Part shown: positions 14,051 through 26,029 of the stretch, piece by piece
Position numbering within the stretch: position 1 is the stretch's first letter
Layout of the letters: the number at the start of each line of letters is the position of its first letter
Origin: Octopus vulgaris
Lineage: Eukaryota
Assembly (NCBI GenBank): GCA_951406725.2
Contig: OX597814.1
Coordinates: 211,668,001 to 211,732,000 of the forward strand
DNA length: 64,000 nucleotides
Reading direction: 5' to 3'
Notes under the pieces: model-generated
Databases searched by the model: none
Told to the model about the DNA's origin: nothing
The model's input: the letters and a program-made list of their open reading frames with translations, nothing else
Program-made: the position numbers and the translations under genes

Positions 14051-14669
14051 ACACAGTTTACTAAAAATAATTTGAAGTAATAGAAAGAGGAAGATTATGC
14101 CGAGTGGACCATAAAACAGTGCGAATATCTTAGTTTATATCTGATGGAACATTTCATGTGAGATATGCTGTTAAATAGATTTAAGCTACAAAGTCCGAAT
14201 TATATCACTGTCAAGTTTATTGATAAGAATTGCTAATTTTAAGAATACACGTAAATCTAAAAACACAGGACAACAAAAATGAATATCATGATAATAGAAC
14301 TATCTATAGGAACTTTAGGACCGAGCGTAATGTAAAAAGTTTACGAAAACGGTATAGTTTTAGGAATCATTCCTTAAGATATTTATCCAAGAATAACGAA
14401 AAGATGTACATATAACACACAGACCTGCACATATACACACACCAATACACACAAGCAATGCACACACGCACATAGACGCACAAAGACACACACACATACA
14501 CATATACACATTCACACAATGCGCTCACATCCATATAAGCAGAAGTAAAGTACTATCTAGAGATGTATCATTTCATCCACAAGATATTTTTATTAAGTTT
14601 ATGTAAGATAGAATAATAATTCTACTCTTCATTCTGCTATTTAGTCCGTCGGTAATGTTTTCGCTTGAT

Positions 14670-15082
14670 TAGAGAAAGAGGGAGAAAGAAAAGAGGGCGA
14701 GACGAAATAAAGGGGGAGAGAAAAAGAGGGGGAGAGAAAATGGGAGGAAGAAGCGTACATGACGGAATGTAATTGTAATGCTTTCACGTAATTAGTCGAA
14801 GAGAACGAGGGGAGAAAGAAAAAGGAGAGAGCAAAAGATTATAAGGTGAAGAGTGAGGCAGAAAGAGGGAGAGTAAAACGATGGAGGAAAAGATGGAGAG
14901 AGAAGCGTTCATGACCTTAGGTAGGGAGAACGTAAAGTTTATTATGTGATTTAAAAATTAGTTAAATGTGTACATAATATACAGATCTTAAAATATAATT
15001 TAAGCAGAGGGGTGATGATTTTTTGGCGAGTTTACAGAAAGGCAGAGAGTGAAGAGAGAAAGGGGGAGGGCGAGGGGGAGAG

Positions 15083-15114
<32 letters not shown>

Positions 15115-15170
15115 GTGATGATGATGGAGGTGGTGGTATTGGTTGTGGTGGTGGAGGTGGCGGTGATGAC
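14670..15170. repeat. Purine-rich low-complexity tract with (GAT)n/(GGT)n
   Basis: GA-rich runs, then (GAT)n at about 15082-15125 followed by GGT repeats. Confidence 0.85.
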
Positions 15171-15929
15171 TTGATGGTTAAATGTGTATATATCTTAAAT
15201 GAACTAAGTTTTTATATCATGTATTACTTAACACATGTGTATAAGTGCAATTTCGTGATATATTCACGCTTATTTACGTGGCAGATATATGCAAAGTTTA
15301 ACACGAGGTTGTACCATATGTACGGGGTGTTATTTTTGTTTGCTTGTAGGAGAAATGAAAAAAATATGAGTGAATATTTATTTTATGAGTGCTATGTACT
15401 AAGTCTTTAGAATTGTGCATAATGTATATGAAGTGTATATATAAAGTGGATTAAATACTCATCGTATTCCAATTTCTTTAACTTTTCAATGTTTAGCAGA
15501 TGAGCGACTCTTTCCATACAGACACATCACAGGCTACGCCTTCAGACTTTTTGGATAACGTTTTTAGAAATAACCCAAAAGGGTTCATTCCATGAAATAT
15601 CCACTGGTACCGCCAGTTTTTATTAATGATATAATGCCATATACAACGTATAGTAGCGTCCATAATATAAGGGTCTGTAAGAACAAGTGTATTGAAATAG
15701 TTATTACAGAAGATTAACGGCACATTGAGACTAGATATTTTAGACATATTTAGATACTTTTGATAAATATCTTTCGTGAAAATTTCAAGTAAATAGAATT
15801 ATTTTGTATGTTGTGAGGAAATATAAAAAATCCTCCAAATTGCAGCGGCCAAAAGTTTCGCTGCAGTTCAGAAGACTGTTAATGGGCTAACAGTTATTTC
15901 TTATGATCTTTCATTACTGGAACATTCAA

Positions 15930-16935
15930 ATGTCAACATAGCTACTTGTGAGAGACAACCGGTGTCCTGTGATGAAAAACAAAGGATTTTTTCCCTCACC
16001 AAGAGGGAAAAAGTTATGTGATAGCATCTACTATAGGAAGGTCTAGAAGTGTTATGCAACAAATTGTAGCTCGTTTTAAGTCATAAGGATCGGCAGATGC
16101 TAAAGCTAAAACCGGTAGACCTCGTAAAACTTCACCAAGACAGGATCTATTATGGTTAGAATGTCACTGAAGGATAGGTTTAAGAGTGCTGCTGAGACAT
16201 CCCACGAGTTTAGTTCCGCTTTTCGATGTCAGCGTATTGAGCAAAACAGTTTCTCGGAGGTTACGAGCTTCTGGGTTGCTTGCCTGAGTACCGGCAAAGA
16301 ATCCTTTGATCTCCAAGAAGAATCAAAGAGCCCGTCTTCATTTCATTTACGAACATAAATCGAAGTTTCATGTGATTGGTTACGATGGCAGGATGTACGT
16401 CCGATTAAGAAGTGGCGAAAGGTTGTCTCGTGCATGTGTGAAGAAGACAGTGAGATATGGAGGAGGCAGTGTAATGGTATGGAGATCGATGTCTGCTGCT
16501 TATCTTTGTCCACTGATTCGGTTAAAAGGGACTGTCAATTACAAGGGACTGTCAATACTAAAGTCTACAAGTAGATTTTTAGATAGCATTGCCCTTCCAT
16601 ATCTCCGATCCTCATCAGTTGAACCTCATACCTTCGTGCAGGACAACGCCTCCTGTTACACTGCAAAGAGAGTCAAACACTTTTTGATTGATGAAAGGGT
16701 TGATCTCATGGATTGGCTACTTCAAAGTCCCGATTTCCACCCTATAGAAAACGTTTGGAAGATTATTGCAGATGAGGCGCGCGGGAGGAATCCAAAGAAC
16801 CAAGACGAAGTTTGGGAATTATTCAGAAAAGAATGGAACAATATTACTCCATCATGTTGCAAGAAATTAATTCAGTCCTGTGGTAACAGATGTCAGGAGG
16901 TCATTAATAATAAATGGACGTTCACAGAATATTAA
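15930..16935 (+). pseudogene. Tc1 transposase pseudogene
   Basis: TGRPRK linker, KTVRYGGGSVMVW, and QDNASCY...SPDFHPIENVW with 34 residues between D and E. The N-terminal half is frameshifted and the first catalytic D region is degraded. Confidence 0.9.
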
Positions 16936-17334
16936 TACTCTCTTTTACTCTTTTACTCCTTTACTTGTTTCAGTCATTTGACTGCGGCCATGCTGGAGCG
17001 CCGCCTTTAGTCGAGCAAATCGACCCCGAGACTTTTTCTTTGTAAGCCCAGTACTTATTATATCGGTCTCTTTTGCCGAACCGCTAAGTGACGGGGACGT
17101 AAATACACCAGCATCGGTTGTCAAGCAATGCTAGGGGGACAAACACAGACACACAAACATATACACACACATATATATATATATACATATATACGACAGG
17201 CTTCTTTCAGTTTCCGTCTACCAAATCCACTCACAAGGCATTGGTCGGCCCGGGGCTATAGCAGAAGACACTTGCCCAAGATGCCACGCAGTGGGACTGA
17301 ACCCGGAACCATGTGGTTGGTTAGCAAGCTACTT

Positions 17335-19559
17335 TATTTCAAAACATTTGCCATAAAGGCAGTACACAGATTAAGTTAGCTTTGCGGGCTGGACGAGGAC
17401 ATTAATGAGGTGAATGATAATGAAAGAAAGATGATAAGGATGGGAGAAGACAGAAAGCGCCCGCCGACTTTTGCTTCTCTAAAACATTGTTCTTTTTAAA
17501 AAAGATTAACACAAAACGAGGTATTAAACCTCTTACAATTTTTCCAATTTTGGGCTTAGCAGTCCATTATTAATACAAAACGAGGTATTAATCCTCTTAC
17601 AATTTTTCAATTTTTGGACTTAAGTCCATTACTAATAATACATATCGTCCTCGAAATAGCTTGTGCCCGCGCCCTCCACCATCAACCACGCCTCCCTCAG
17701 AACGTAGTCAAGTTCCGAGTTCGCGTCGCCCGGGACCAAGTTATAGTCTTCATTGAGCTCCTTTAGCCCTAGCGTCACGTCGAACGCCACGGCCTCCACA
17801 GCTACCTGCGGAGGCCATTCGGGGTCCTGTGTGAATGCTAAAGGTGCTCCCTTGTAGTGCTCTTCCATCACTTTTTCAATTTCTCCTCCTCTATAGAAGA
17901 GGACCAATACATTCAGTTCTTTCGTTGGCGGCACAGTTTCCGCCAACGGTATTCCTTCTCTTGTCGGTGGCACAACCCCAACCGACGTAGTTCCGCGACA
18001 TTCCGGTGCCACACTGACAGCCGGCAACGTCCCGTTTTTCTTCCTCTTTTTCTTTTTTTTTCCCTTTTCAACTGAGGGAGGGTGCGTCTCCTCCGTGGCT
18101 GGAAGATTCGCCCTCCTCTCCTCATCCCTATTATCCTTTGGTGAGCACCCATTGTTGCTCACCTTCCTCTTTCGGCCTCTGCTTGAGGAGTCCTCTGCTT
18201 TCTCGGCCGTTATCGTTCCCTCTTCTAGAGGGGTTTTACTTAACTGTTCCGGGATCCTATTTTGTTCCCGAGGACAGTTCTTCTTTATGTGGCCGGACTC
18301 CAAGCACCGATGACACTTAGGGGGCGACCCTCAAGCATCACCGGGTACCTGCACCCGGCCATTTTCAAAAAATCTGGAAAAAACAGATTGGCTGATTGGG
18401 TCCACAGGGTCAAAACTGCTTTCGAGCCAACCCAAGCAGCCGCAGGAAGAACTTTTACATTGAGGAGCTTAGTTTCGCTGTCACCCAGACCCCGGCGGAT
18501 AGTCTCCTCTATCCACTCGGGTTCAATGTCGGGTGGCAGTCCGCAGATCCAAGCTTTCATTAAGTTCTTTTTTTTGTAAGTGGGCAGGAATAAGATTTCC
18601 TTACCCTCCAAGGGTTCGCTAGCAAATTTGCAAGCCTCTTCAGGGGTGTCAAACAGCAACCACACCGTTCCATATTTGACACCCCTGGAAATGAATTTAA
18701 TTGTTGGCAAATACTCCTCCAACTCCTCCTCAATTGCCGTTTTTTCGAATAGGGCGATGGTGTCAAGTGCCTTGGAGTAGGTTCTCAACACCACCGTCCT
18801 ATCTTCACGGTCCTTCAACCACTTTTTGGGTGGTATGATTTCCCACTCCAAAACTTTGTTATTTTTCATTGCCATGTTTTTTAAAAAATATATTCAAATT
18901 AGACTCAAAAGCAGGAAGAAAAAAGTTCAAAAGTCTAAATAAATTTGATAGATTTTTGAAAAAACAAAAAGGAGAAAGCACAACAGAAGGGAAGAAATTA
19001 ACGGAAAGTCGCAATAAAGAAAAAACAAAAGGGGGGGGGGGGTAAATGAAGTTCAAAAGAAAGTTAATAAACAGAAAAAACACAGCAAAAATATTCTGCG
19101 GTACTCCCGGCCTGGGTTGAACCTGGAACGCCGCAACTGCAACACAACCTCCACAAAAATGGGTCCGAAAGGTAATCCAATAGTGGCTTATTTTTATACT
19201 TTTCTTGCGAAGTACTCTGACAAGGGAATAAATTCAGCAAACTCAAACACAGCACTGGTTACTGCCAACGGTAATTTTAACAGTAACTGTATTGAATCCT
19301 GAGTATACGCCCCTCCACTGTTTTTTCTTTTTTTTTTTTTTTCAATGAACACAAAAACGGCAGCCGCCTAGCGCAGGCGAAATTGTCTCAGAGTTGGACA
19401 CAACCTACTGAAATAATAATTGGCACGCAATAAATTATGCCCAACTCACAATAAACAAAATCACTTACCTCGACAACTTTCCGTTTTTGGTCTTTTTTCT
19501 TTAGTTGGACTCACGTCCACTCTAGCTCAACAAGAAGCAACCGACTAACTGCGCATGTC
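17335..19559 (-). mobile_element. Non-autonomous ORF1-only (HAL1-like) Tx1/L1-type retroelement inserted in the SINE head
   Basis: Perfect 17-bp TSD TGGTTAGCAAGCTACTT (17318-17334 and 19560-19576); ~680-bp 5' UTR, gag-like ORF, ~300-bp 3' UTR, no RT. Confidence 0.85.
17632..18875 (-). CDS. Gag-like ORF1 protein (~414 aa) with a CCHC zinc knuckle; one frameshift
   Basis: ORFs 18285-18875 and 17632-18303 join if one C is added in the C5 run (18320-18324), giving LEGRPPKCHRCLESGHIKKNC (CX2CX4HX4C). RRM-like ICGLPPDIEPEWI lies upstream; basic NLS-like stretches downstream. Confidence 0.8.
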
Positions 19560-19874
19560 TGGTTAGCAAGCTACTTACCACACAGCCACTCCTGCGCCTA
19601 TCAATAGTAGAGTTTTCTTGTTTGTTCTTGTCCTATTTTCTTTGTATTTTCTAAGTTGCACTTAATATTTGGCTGTGGCAATTTAGCAGGTAATTTTGTT
19701 TATTTCCTCATAATGTACGAAACCATTATTCCATTCATTTGAAATTTTTACGAGGAATAGGTATTAGATATATCTAAGTATACGTAAAATATCTATTCTC
19801 AACATTTTGTTAATCCCCTCTAATAAATATTTCAATACACTTGTTCTTATTGACCCTTATACAATGGCCGCTAC

Positions 19875-19927
<53 letters not shown>

Positions 19928-19942
19928 ATGCATGTATGTATG

Positions 19943-19973
<31 letters not shown>

Positions 19974-21564
19974 GTGGGTGGGTGTCGCTCACTTCGCATC
20001 TACCTTGTTGATTTGTGTTAACAATAAAAGCTACATCACTCAGAGCTCCCAATATAGGAAATTGGAAAATCACATCCTATGCTTCATGTAATTGAAATTT
20101 TTCTGCTGGAATGTGCCTTGTGCAAAAATATTTCAATCAGGTTAGACGTCTTGATAAGGTAGTGCTATTTAATATTATAAAACTTTTAACTTTTAACAAA
20201 GCCAGTGCATATGTAATACCAAAGATATTACATTAATTAAATGTTACATTAATTAAAATATGAATGCACCATTTCCTTCGTAAATTGTAGGTAATTAAAT
20301 TTAGAGGTCTTCTGGATGACATGCTTAAATATCGTTGGCACATTGACATTCAATGCAAGTCCAACATTACCATGTAGATTAAACATGCACTCGACCAAAT
20401 ACCCCTGTTATATGCAGTAGAGTAGTATAATATCTCTAACATCAAACTGGCGTGTGTTTTTATTTCGTTTTCAGCGTCGCATTCGATTCGTACTGTAAGA
20501 AAAACAGGCAAGAATTCACTCGTTTTATGAAGTATAGCTCTGTAATATCAGCGTAAAGCCACATAGAATAAATATTATTAGTAAACCAGGCAGTGAAGCG
20601 ATCAGGACGGCGAAAGAAAATGAAATATAAATTTCTATAACTCTGTGATATGATCGCTATACAATATTTTTCATTATAACAGAAGATTTACGTGGATGAA
20701 ACAACACACAAAAAAATAGAACGCAAAAAGAAAGCAATCCACCAGAATAAATGCATTACGGTATCTTGTTCCATTCTATCGAGGTTATTTGTTTAAATAT
20801 TCTCGAGTAGATTTTTTATATTTCGTAACTCTGGCTACAAGGAAATAGGAACTAGTTTCACTGGCGTCGTTTCAATCAATCATATTCCATTGTGTACTTA
20901 CTTGTTTTACTGCAAGGAATCAATAACTTGCAATACACAGACTAATAGTCCGAAGAGTAAAAGTTAATATCTCGGCGGGGGATATCACAAACGTGGTTTT
21001 TCATTTGCAGTGAATGTCATGTACATATATTTACGTTACTACTCTTTTTGAGTAATGATGAATATCTAAACACATTATCTGCAAAATATATACGACCAGT
21101 GAAAAAAAAAATATCAATATTTTACTTCTGAAGTGCTGATTCTATTCGTGAAAATGACGGGCTTCCCGTCGATATTTGAAACCAATTTTCATCACATATA
21201 TTGTTGAGTCTAAAAAGGACCCTGTCTGTCTCAATATATTATTTTTTTGCCCCTTAAAGTTATATAAACCTGGAAAAATATTTCAATGGAATCCGACTAT
21301 ACATATTTTATTGTATTTATAATATATCTTCATAAAACAGCTGGCAACCCAAGAAGTTTCTTAAGTAAAAACATTAACTTTTAACGTTAAACTATACTTT
21401 GCTGTAATTAATTAGCGCAAGCTTACGCTCTTTAAACAGCAGAAGGATTTCTTTAGTGGCCAAGAATATGAATTGATTACTGCTGAATTCCACAAAACAT
21501 GAACTCACAGAATTCCACATAACTTCCTGCATATTTACATTTGGAAATATATATATGTATATGT

Positions 21565-21873
21565 GGAGGCGCAATTGCCCAGTGGTTAGGGCTGCAGACT
21601 CGCGGTCGTAGGATCGCGGTTTCGATTACCAGACCGAGCGTTGTGAGTGTTTATTGAGCGAAAACACCTAAAAAGCTCCACGATGCTCCGGCAGGGGGTG
21701 GTGGTGATCCCTGCTGTACTCCTTCACTACACTTTCTCCCACTCTTTCTTCTGTTGGCCTGCTCGCTTAGCCAGCGGAGTGGCGTCATTCGAAGGCTAAA
21801 ACAATGCGAACGCATTGTGACCAGTGATGTGTAACAACATCTGATGGTCTGGTCGGTCACGTGATCACGTGAT
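21565..21873 (+). mobile_element. tRNA-derived SINE family D
   Basis: GGAGGCGCAATTGCCCAGTGGTTAGG...GGTTTCGATTACC head; ends in CACGTGAT repeats. Confidence 0.75.
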
Positions 21874-22109
21874 ATATGTATATAATTCAATGATTTGCAA
21901 AATGCATTAGGATGTCGTCAGTTGATCGAGATGTGATTAATTTATTGAATAGTTGCAGTAAACAATTTCATGCTCTTTTTATAGTTGGTCTCATTACTTA
22001 CTCAAACAGGTTGAGTATGTCGCTGGACTAAATTATATAATTTGATTGACCTCAGCTATTACTAACGTACATTTATTTATCAATGAAGTTATAATGATTT
22101 CTTCTGAAA

Positions 22110-22290
22110 TATTGTAGGGACAGGCCAGTCGATTACATTGACAAAGTGCCTGAGTACTTGATATATCGAACAAGAAATGATAAAAAGGTAAATTCGACCT
22201 TGACGGAATTTGGAAACAGACAGTAAAGACGGAAGTAACGATCCTTACCATATTTAACGAGTTCTAATGATACTGCCAACTCATCGCCTT
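22110..22290 (-). mobile_element. SINE family B, diverged
   Basis: GTCGATTACATTGAC...AAAGGTAAATTCGACCT...CTGCCAACTCATCGCC. Confidence 0.6.
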
Positions 22291-22330
22291 TGTCAGGCAA
22301 TTAATGATTATAACAGGTATGTATGCATAT

Positions 22331-23148
22331 ATACGATGCCTGATCAACAAGTATTCGCACTGTTGTCATAGTAACAAAGCTAATGCACAAAGAGTGAAAT
22401 TGCTTGGCAAAGATTGACCTTGAACTCTGTTGTTTATGCGCACTAAGTTTTAGCGTCCTAGGTCACATCCACTGTTTACAACAGTGCATGGAAGGAAGAT
22501 GAGTAGTATTGACTATGACAGAGGAAGATGTCCGAATGCAGGTAAGAAGTACATCAAAATAACGGCATCAAATGTCATTTTGCCTAGGTTTGTAGCGAGA
22601 GAGTAGGATTTTATGGCTCGTTTAATCACCATGTATGAAATTTTACTTCATCATTATGATCCACAGAACAAGCAGCAATGAATTGTATGACTCCACAGCC
22701 GTTCACCTTGTCTCAAGACGTTTCGCACACAGACGTTAGCTGGGAAGATTTTGGCATTAGTGTTCTGGGGAAAAGACGGAGTACTCCTCAAAATATCTAC
22801 CAAAGGGTCGCACCATCAACGCAGAATATTATGTCTCTGCGTAAAGTTTTGAAGCAGAAACTCCCCAGCACATACAACACATGCAACACAGCAGTATATA
22901 GGAGACTTTTGCTTAAAATTGGTAGACCACCTACCAGACTCTCCTGACTTGCCACCCTCCGACACCACTTTTTTCCACAACTGACGAAATATATCTAGGT
23001 GAGGAAATTTCACTCCTTTTCGAAAGTGATCACTGCTACAGAAGCCTGGTGGAAGGCTCAACTTTCCGAGTCCTTTTTACAAGGCTTATAAAAACTGAAG
23101 AGCCACTGCAATACGTGTCTCAATCTGAGAGGGGAATATGTTGAATAA
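22331..23148 (+). pseudogene. Mariner transposase relic
   Basis: LHHYDPQNKQQ, (Y)SPDLPPSD..FF and terminal GEYVE*; starts with a TACGATGCCTGATCAACAAGT TIR-like end. Confidence 0.75.
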
Positions 23149-23169
23149 AAGCATACATAATTAAAGTTT

Positions 23170-23550
23170 GAAAGAAGAAAAATACTCGGAGAAAAATAAC
23201 GGAAAAATCTTATGATACACTTGTATAGCGAAATCATGAGATCGTGTACGTAAAACTATATATGTCATAAATTTTTAATCAATTCAAATATCCTTCCTAG
23301 ATAGTGATAAAATACAAAATTTTCAGATAAGACTTAGAAATATTGAATAGAAAGCAAAGATAAGTTCCACAAATGAGGAATCAATTCGATCTTGATTGAA
23401 CTGGCGGAGGAAGCAAAGGAAAATTATAATGGAAGTCTTTAATGACTACATTCCATCGTAAATTTACGATGGGATATAGCGATCAACAATTTCCATTTCA
23501 CGACATCCTCATTAAGAAATCTTAAAACGAAATAGAAACATACAGTTCTA
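23170..23550 (+). pseudogene. PLE RT fragment
   Basis: HRKFTMGYSDQQFPFHDILIKKS*NEIET resembles the PLE KFTME...LPFLD.L...ET motif. Confidence 0.6.
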
Positions 23551-23560
23551 TATTTAAGAG

Positions 23561-24385
23561 ATGAGGCATTATGTATATTATTTACAATTGACGGATATTT
23601 GTCTTCATCTTGTTTTTTCTTACCGCAACGTTTTAACTAATATACCCTCCAGCCTTCATCGAGTGTCCTGGGAAAATTTCGAACCTGGTTCTCATAAGGT
23701 ATTTTTCGATGTTGTTGTTATTGTTGTTATTATTATTATTATTATTATTCAGGTCCTTGGGGTTAGCAGCCGGCGCTCTTAACCACTACGCCATATGCCC
23801 GTGGGCAATTATGGAGTGCAATTTAGGGCTTATAAATCTAATATTTTCATATCCTTCCTTATTACTGGTTCCCAAATGCTGTTATCTATCTATTATTTTA
23901 ACTTCATCCCACAGGGGAAGGTGGTCTCCATTTTTCCATAAATGATCAACTATACTCGATTTATCAATATTTCCCCGTGTCACAGCTTTGCGATGTTCCT
24001 CTACCCTTATTTTGAGGGGGTGGCATGTTTCGCCTTTGTATAACCTACCACAGCTGCATGGGATGGAGTACACGCACTTCTTAGTCATAGTCCCTTCTAT
24101 TCGAGGCTTTACTCGAATGAGATATTTGCGAAGTGTTGTATTACTTTTGAATACTGTCCTGATGTCATATGGGCCGCATATCTTTTGTAACTTTTCGGGG
24201 AGGCCTTTTACTTAGGGTAGACAGACTGTGAAAAGTTTATCGGTTTCCTCCTCTGTTTTCTTCCTAATTGGAGTGGAGAGAATGCTTTTGGGGTAGTTGT
24301 TGTTTAATAGATTGTTACTGAGCTTGATCGTTTCTTCGTGTTGTGTATCTCGATCGCAACTTATAATCTTTGCTCGATGTTTTAG
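23561..24385 (-). mobile_element. PLE 3' portion: GIY-YIG relic, tRNA-like cassette and degraded hammerhead
   Basis: CVYSIPCSCGRLYKGETCHPLKIRVEEH (GIY-YIG). On the minus strand it is followed by GGGCATATGGCGTAGTGGTTAAGAGCG, (AAT)n and TCGATGAAGGCTGGAGGGTATATTAGTTAAAACGTTG. Confidence 0.85.
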
Positions 24386-24540
24386 TCACTTCTTCCCATA
24401 AACTAGCGGTTCAGCAAAAGCGACCCATAGAATAAACACTAGGCTTAGAAAGAATAAGTTTTGAGGTCGATTTGTTCGACTAAACGCGGTGCTCAAGCAT
24501 GGCCCTAGTCAAATGACTGAAACAAATAAAATAAAAGAAA
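24386..24540 (+). mobile_element. SINE family A 3' fragment
   Basis: TAGCGGTTCAGCAAAAG...CGGTGCTCAAGCATGGCC..GTCAAATGACTGAAACAA. Confidence 0.7.
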
Positions 24541-24618
24541 GAATATATATATGATATATAAATATATATATATATGATATATATATATATATATGTACAG
24601 AGAAAGAGAGAGAGAGAA

Positions 24619-24659
<41 letters not shown>

Positions 24660-24918
24660 AATAAATGTTTTATATATAAAGAACGTGAAATACAGGAAGG
24701 GACAAACACGGAACACAGACAAATCATTCGAAGCCTTCAATCTTCAGTCAGACACCGAATCATCATAGCAAATTTCGGCTGTTCAATTCTGATATTTGCT
24801 CCAACTCGGCCAGCCCCAAGAAAAAAAACTAAGCTGTAAGCATTAGATTTCTTGGTAGAAGACAAGAATGTAAACGCACGAGACGAAAACGAAATTGAAA
24901 ACGGTAACTGTTAAACAG

Positions 24919-24987
<69 letters not shown>
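24919..24987. repeat. (TAGA)n microsatellite
   Basis: Perfect tetranucleotide array. Confidence 0.95.
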
Positions 24988-25627
24988 TACTAGAAATGGA
25001 AATAACAATACTGAGGCGACTATCTCTGTTTATTTCATTCTCAACGTCAATCAATGCTCATTTTTAAAAACATGTTTTTAACTGGCTGCCTCATAAATAA
25101 TAGGAAAATACACTCCTTCAGCTTATGTTTTTGCGGCAGTAGTAGTAAATCACTGCTTGCGAATTTAAAATCAATGTATAACGCACATACCAGAGAATAG
25201 ATACAAAAGTCGCAGTTGTAAATGTTCCTCTTTACATTTGAATGAAACTTCCGAAAGCTACAATCAAGCTTAGAAAGTATCTTAAACAGAAGATACTATC
25301 AATTACTTCTAAAGGAATCACTATTAATTACCATTAACTATAGCTGTTATGTAGTAAATATTAAACATATCTTCTTAATCATTCTGATTAATTACGTTTC
25401 ATACCTTGTTGTAAATACGGACGAAAATCCAGTAATGGCGATATCTTTGTAAGTGAATTCGTTATATATTGGTTTAAAATTTTGGTATAAGGCCAGCAAT
25501 TTCGGCGGAGGGGAAAGTTAGTTACATCGACCCCAGTGCTTAACTGGTACTTATTTTATCGGCCCCGAATGGATGAATGGCGTGTTAATGATTCTGCCGG
25601 ATTGCCGTCACCACAATTTTGATATTT

Positions 25628-26029
25628 ACTCTTTTACTCTTTTACTTGTTTCAGACATTTGACTGCGGCCATGCTGGAGCACCGCCTTTAGTCGAGCAAA
25701 TCGACCCCGGGACTTATTCTTTGTAAGCCCAGTACTTATTCTATCGGTCTCTTTTGCCGAACCGCTAAGTGACGAGGACGTAAATACACCAGCATCGGTT
25801 GTCAAGCAATGCTAGGGGGACAATCACACAAACACATACACACACATATATATATAAACATATATACGACAGGCTTCTTTCAGTTTCCGTCTACCAAATC
25901 CACTTACAAGGCATTGGTCGGCCCGGGGCTATAGCAGAAGACACTTGCCCAAGATGCCACGCAGTGGGACTGAACCCGGAACCATGTGGTTGGTAGACAA
26001 GCTACTTACCACACAGCCACTCCTGCGCC
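25628..26029 (-). mobile_element. SINE family A, full-length; a family B fragment lies just upstream (25470-25610)
   Basis: Near-identical to the copy at 7598-8007; the head is uninterrupted. Confidence 0.92.

Larger units (their letters stand above)
16937..19598 (-). mobile_element. SINE family A, split by a 2.2-kb insertion
   Basis: Body and tail at 16937-17334; head remainder at 19560-19598; flanked by the putative TSD TATTAATA/TATCAATA. Confidence 0.92.
15651..19876 (+). mobile_element. Tc1-family DNA transposon (DD34E) with ~205-bp TIRs, containing a nested SINE and retroelement
   Basis: TA|TAGTAGCGTCCATAATATAAGGGTC... (15651-15855) is the inverted match of ...GACCCTTATACAATGGCCGCTACTA|TA (about 19668-19876); both ends are flanked by TA. 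Confidence 0.88.

Noticed and set aside
15012-15410. ORF with poly-D and poly-G tracts
   Set aside because: Product of (GAT)n/(GGT)n low complexity; no domain or splice support.
24715-24755. Minus-strand CTGAAGA..TTCGAA motif
   Set aside because: No GAAA box and no stem I/III pairing.
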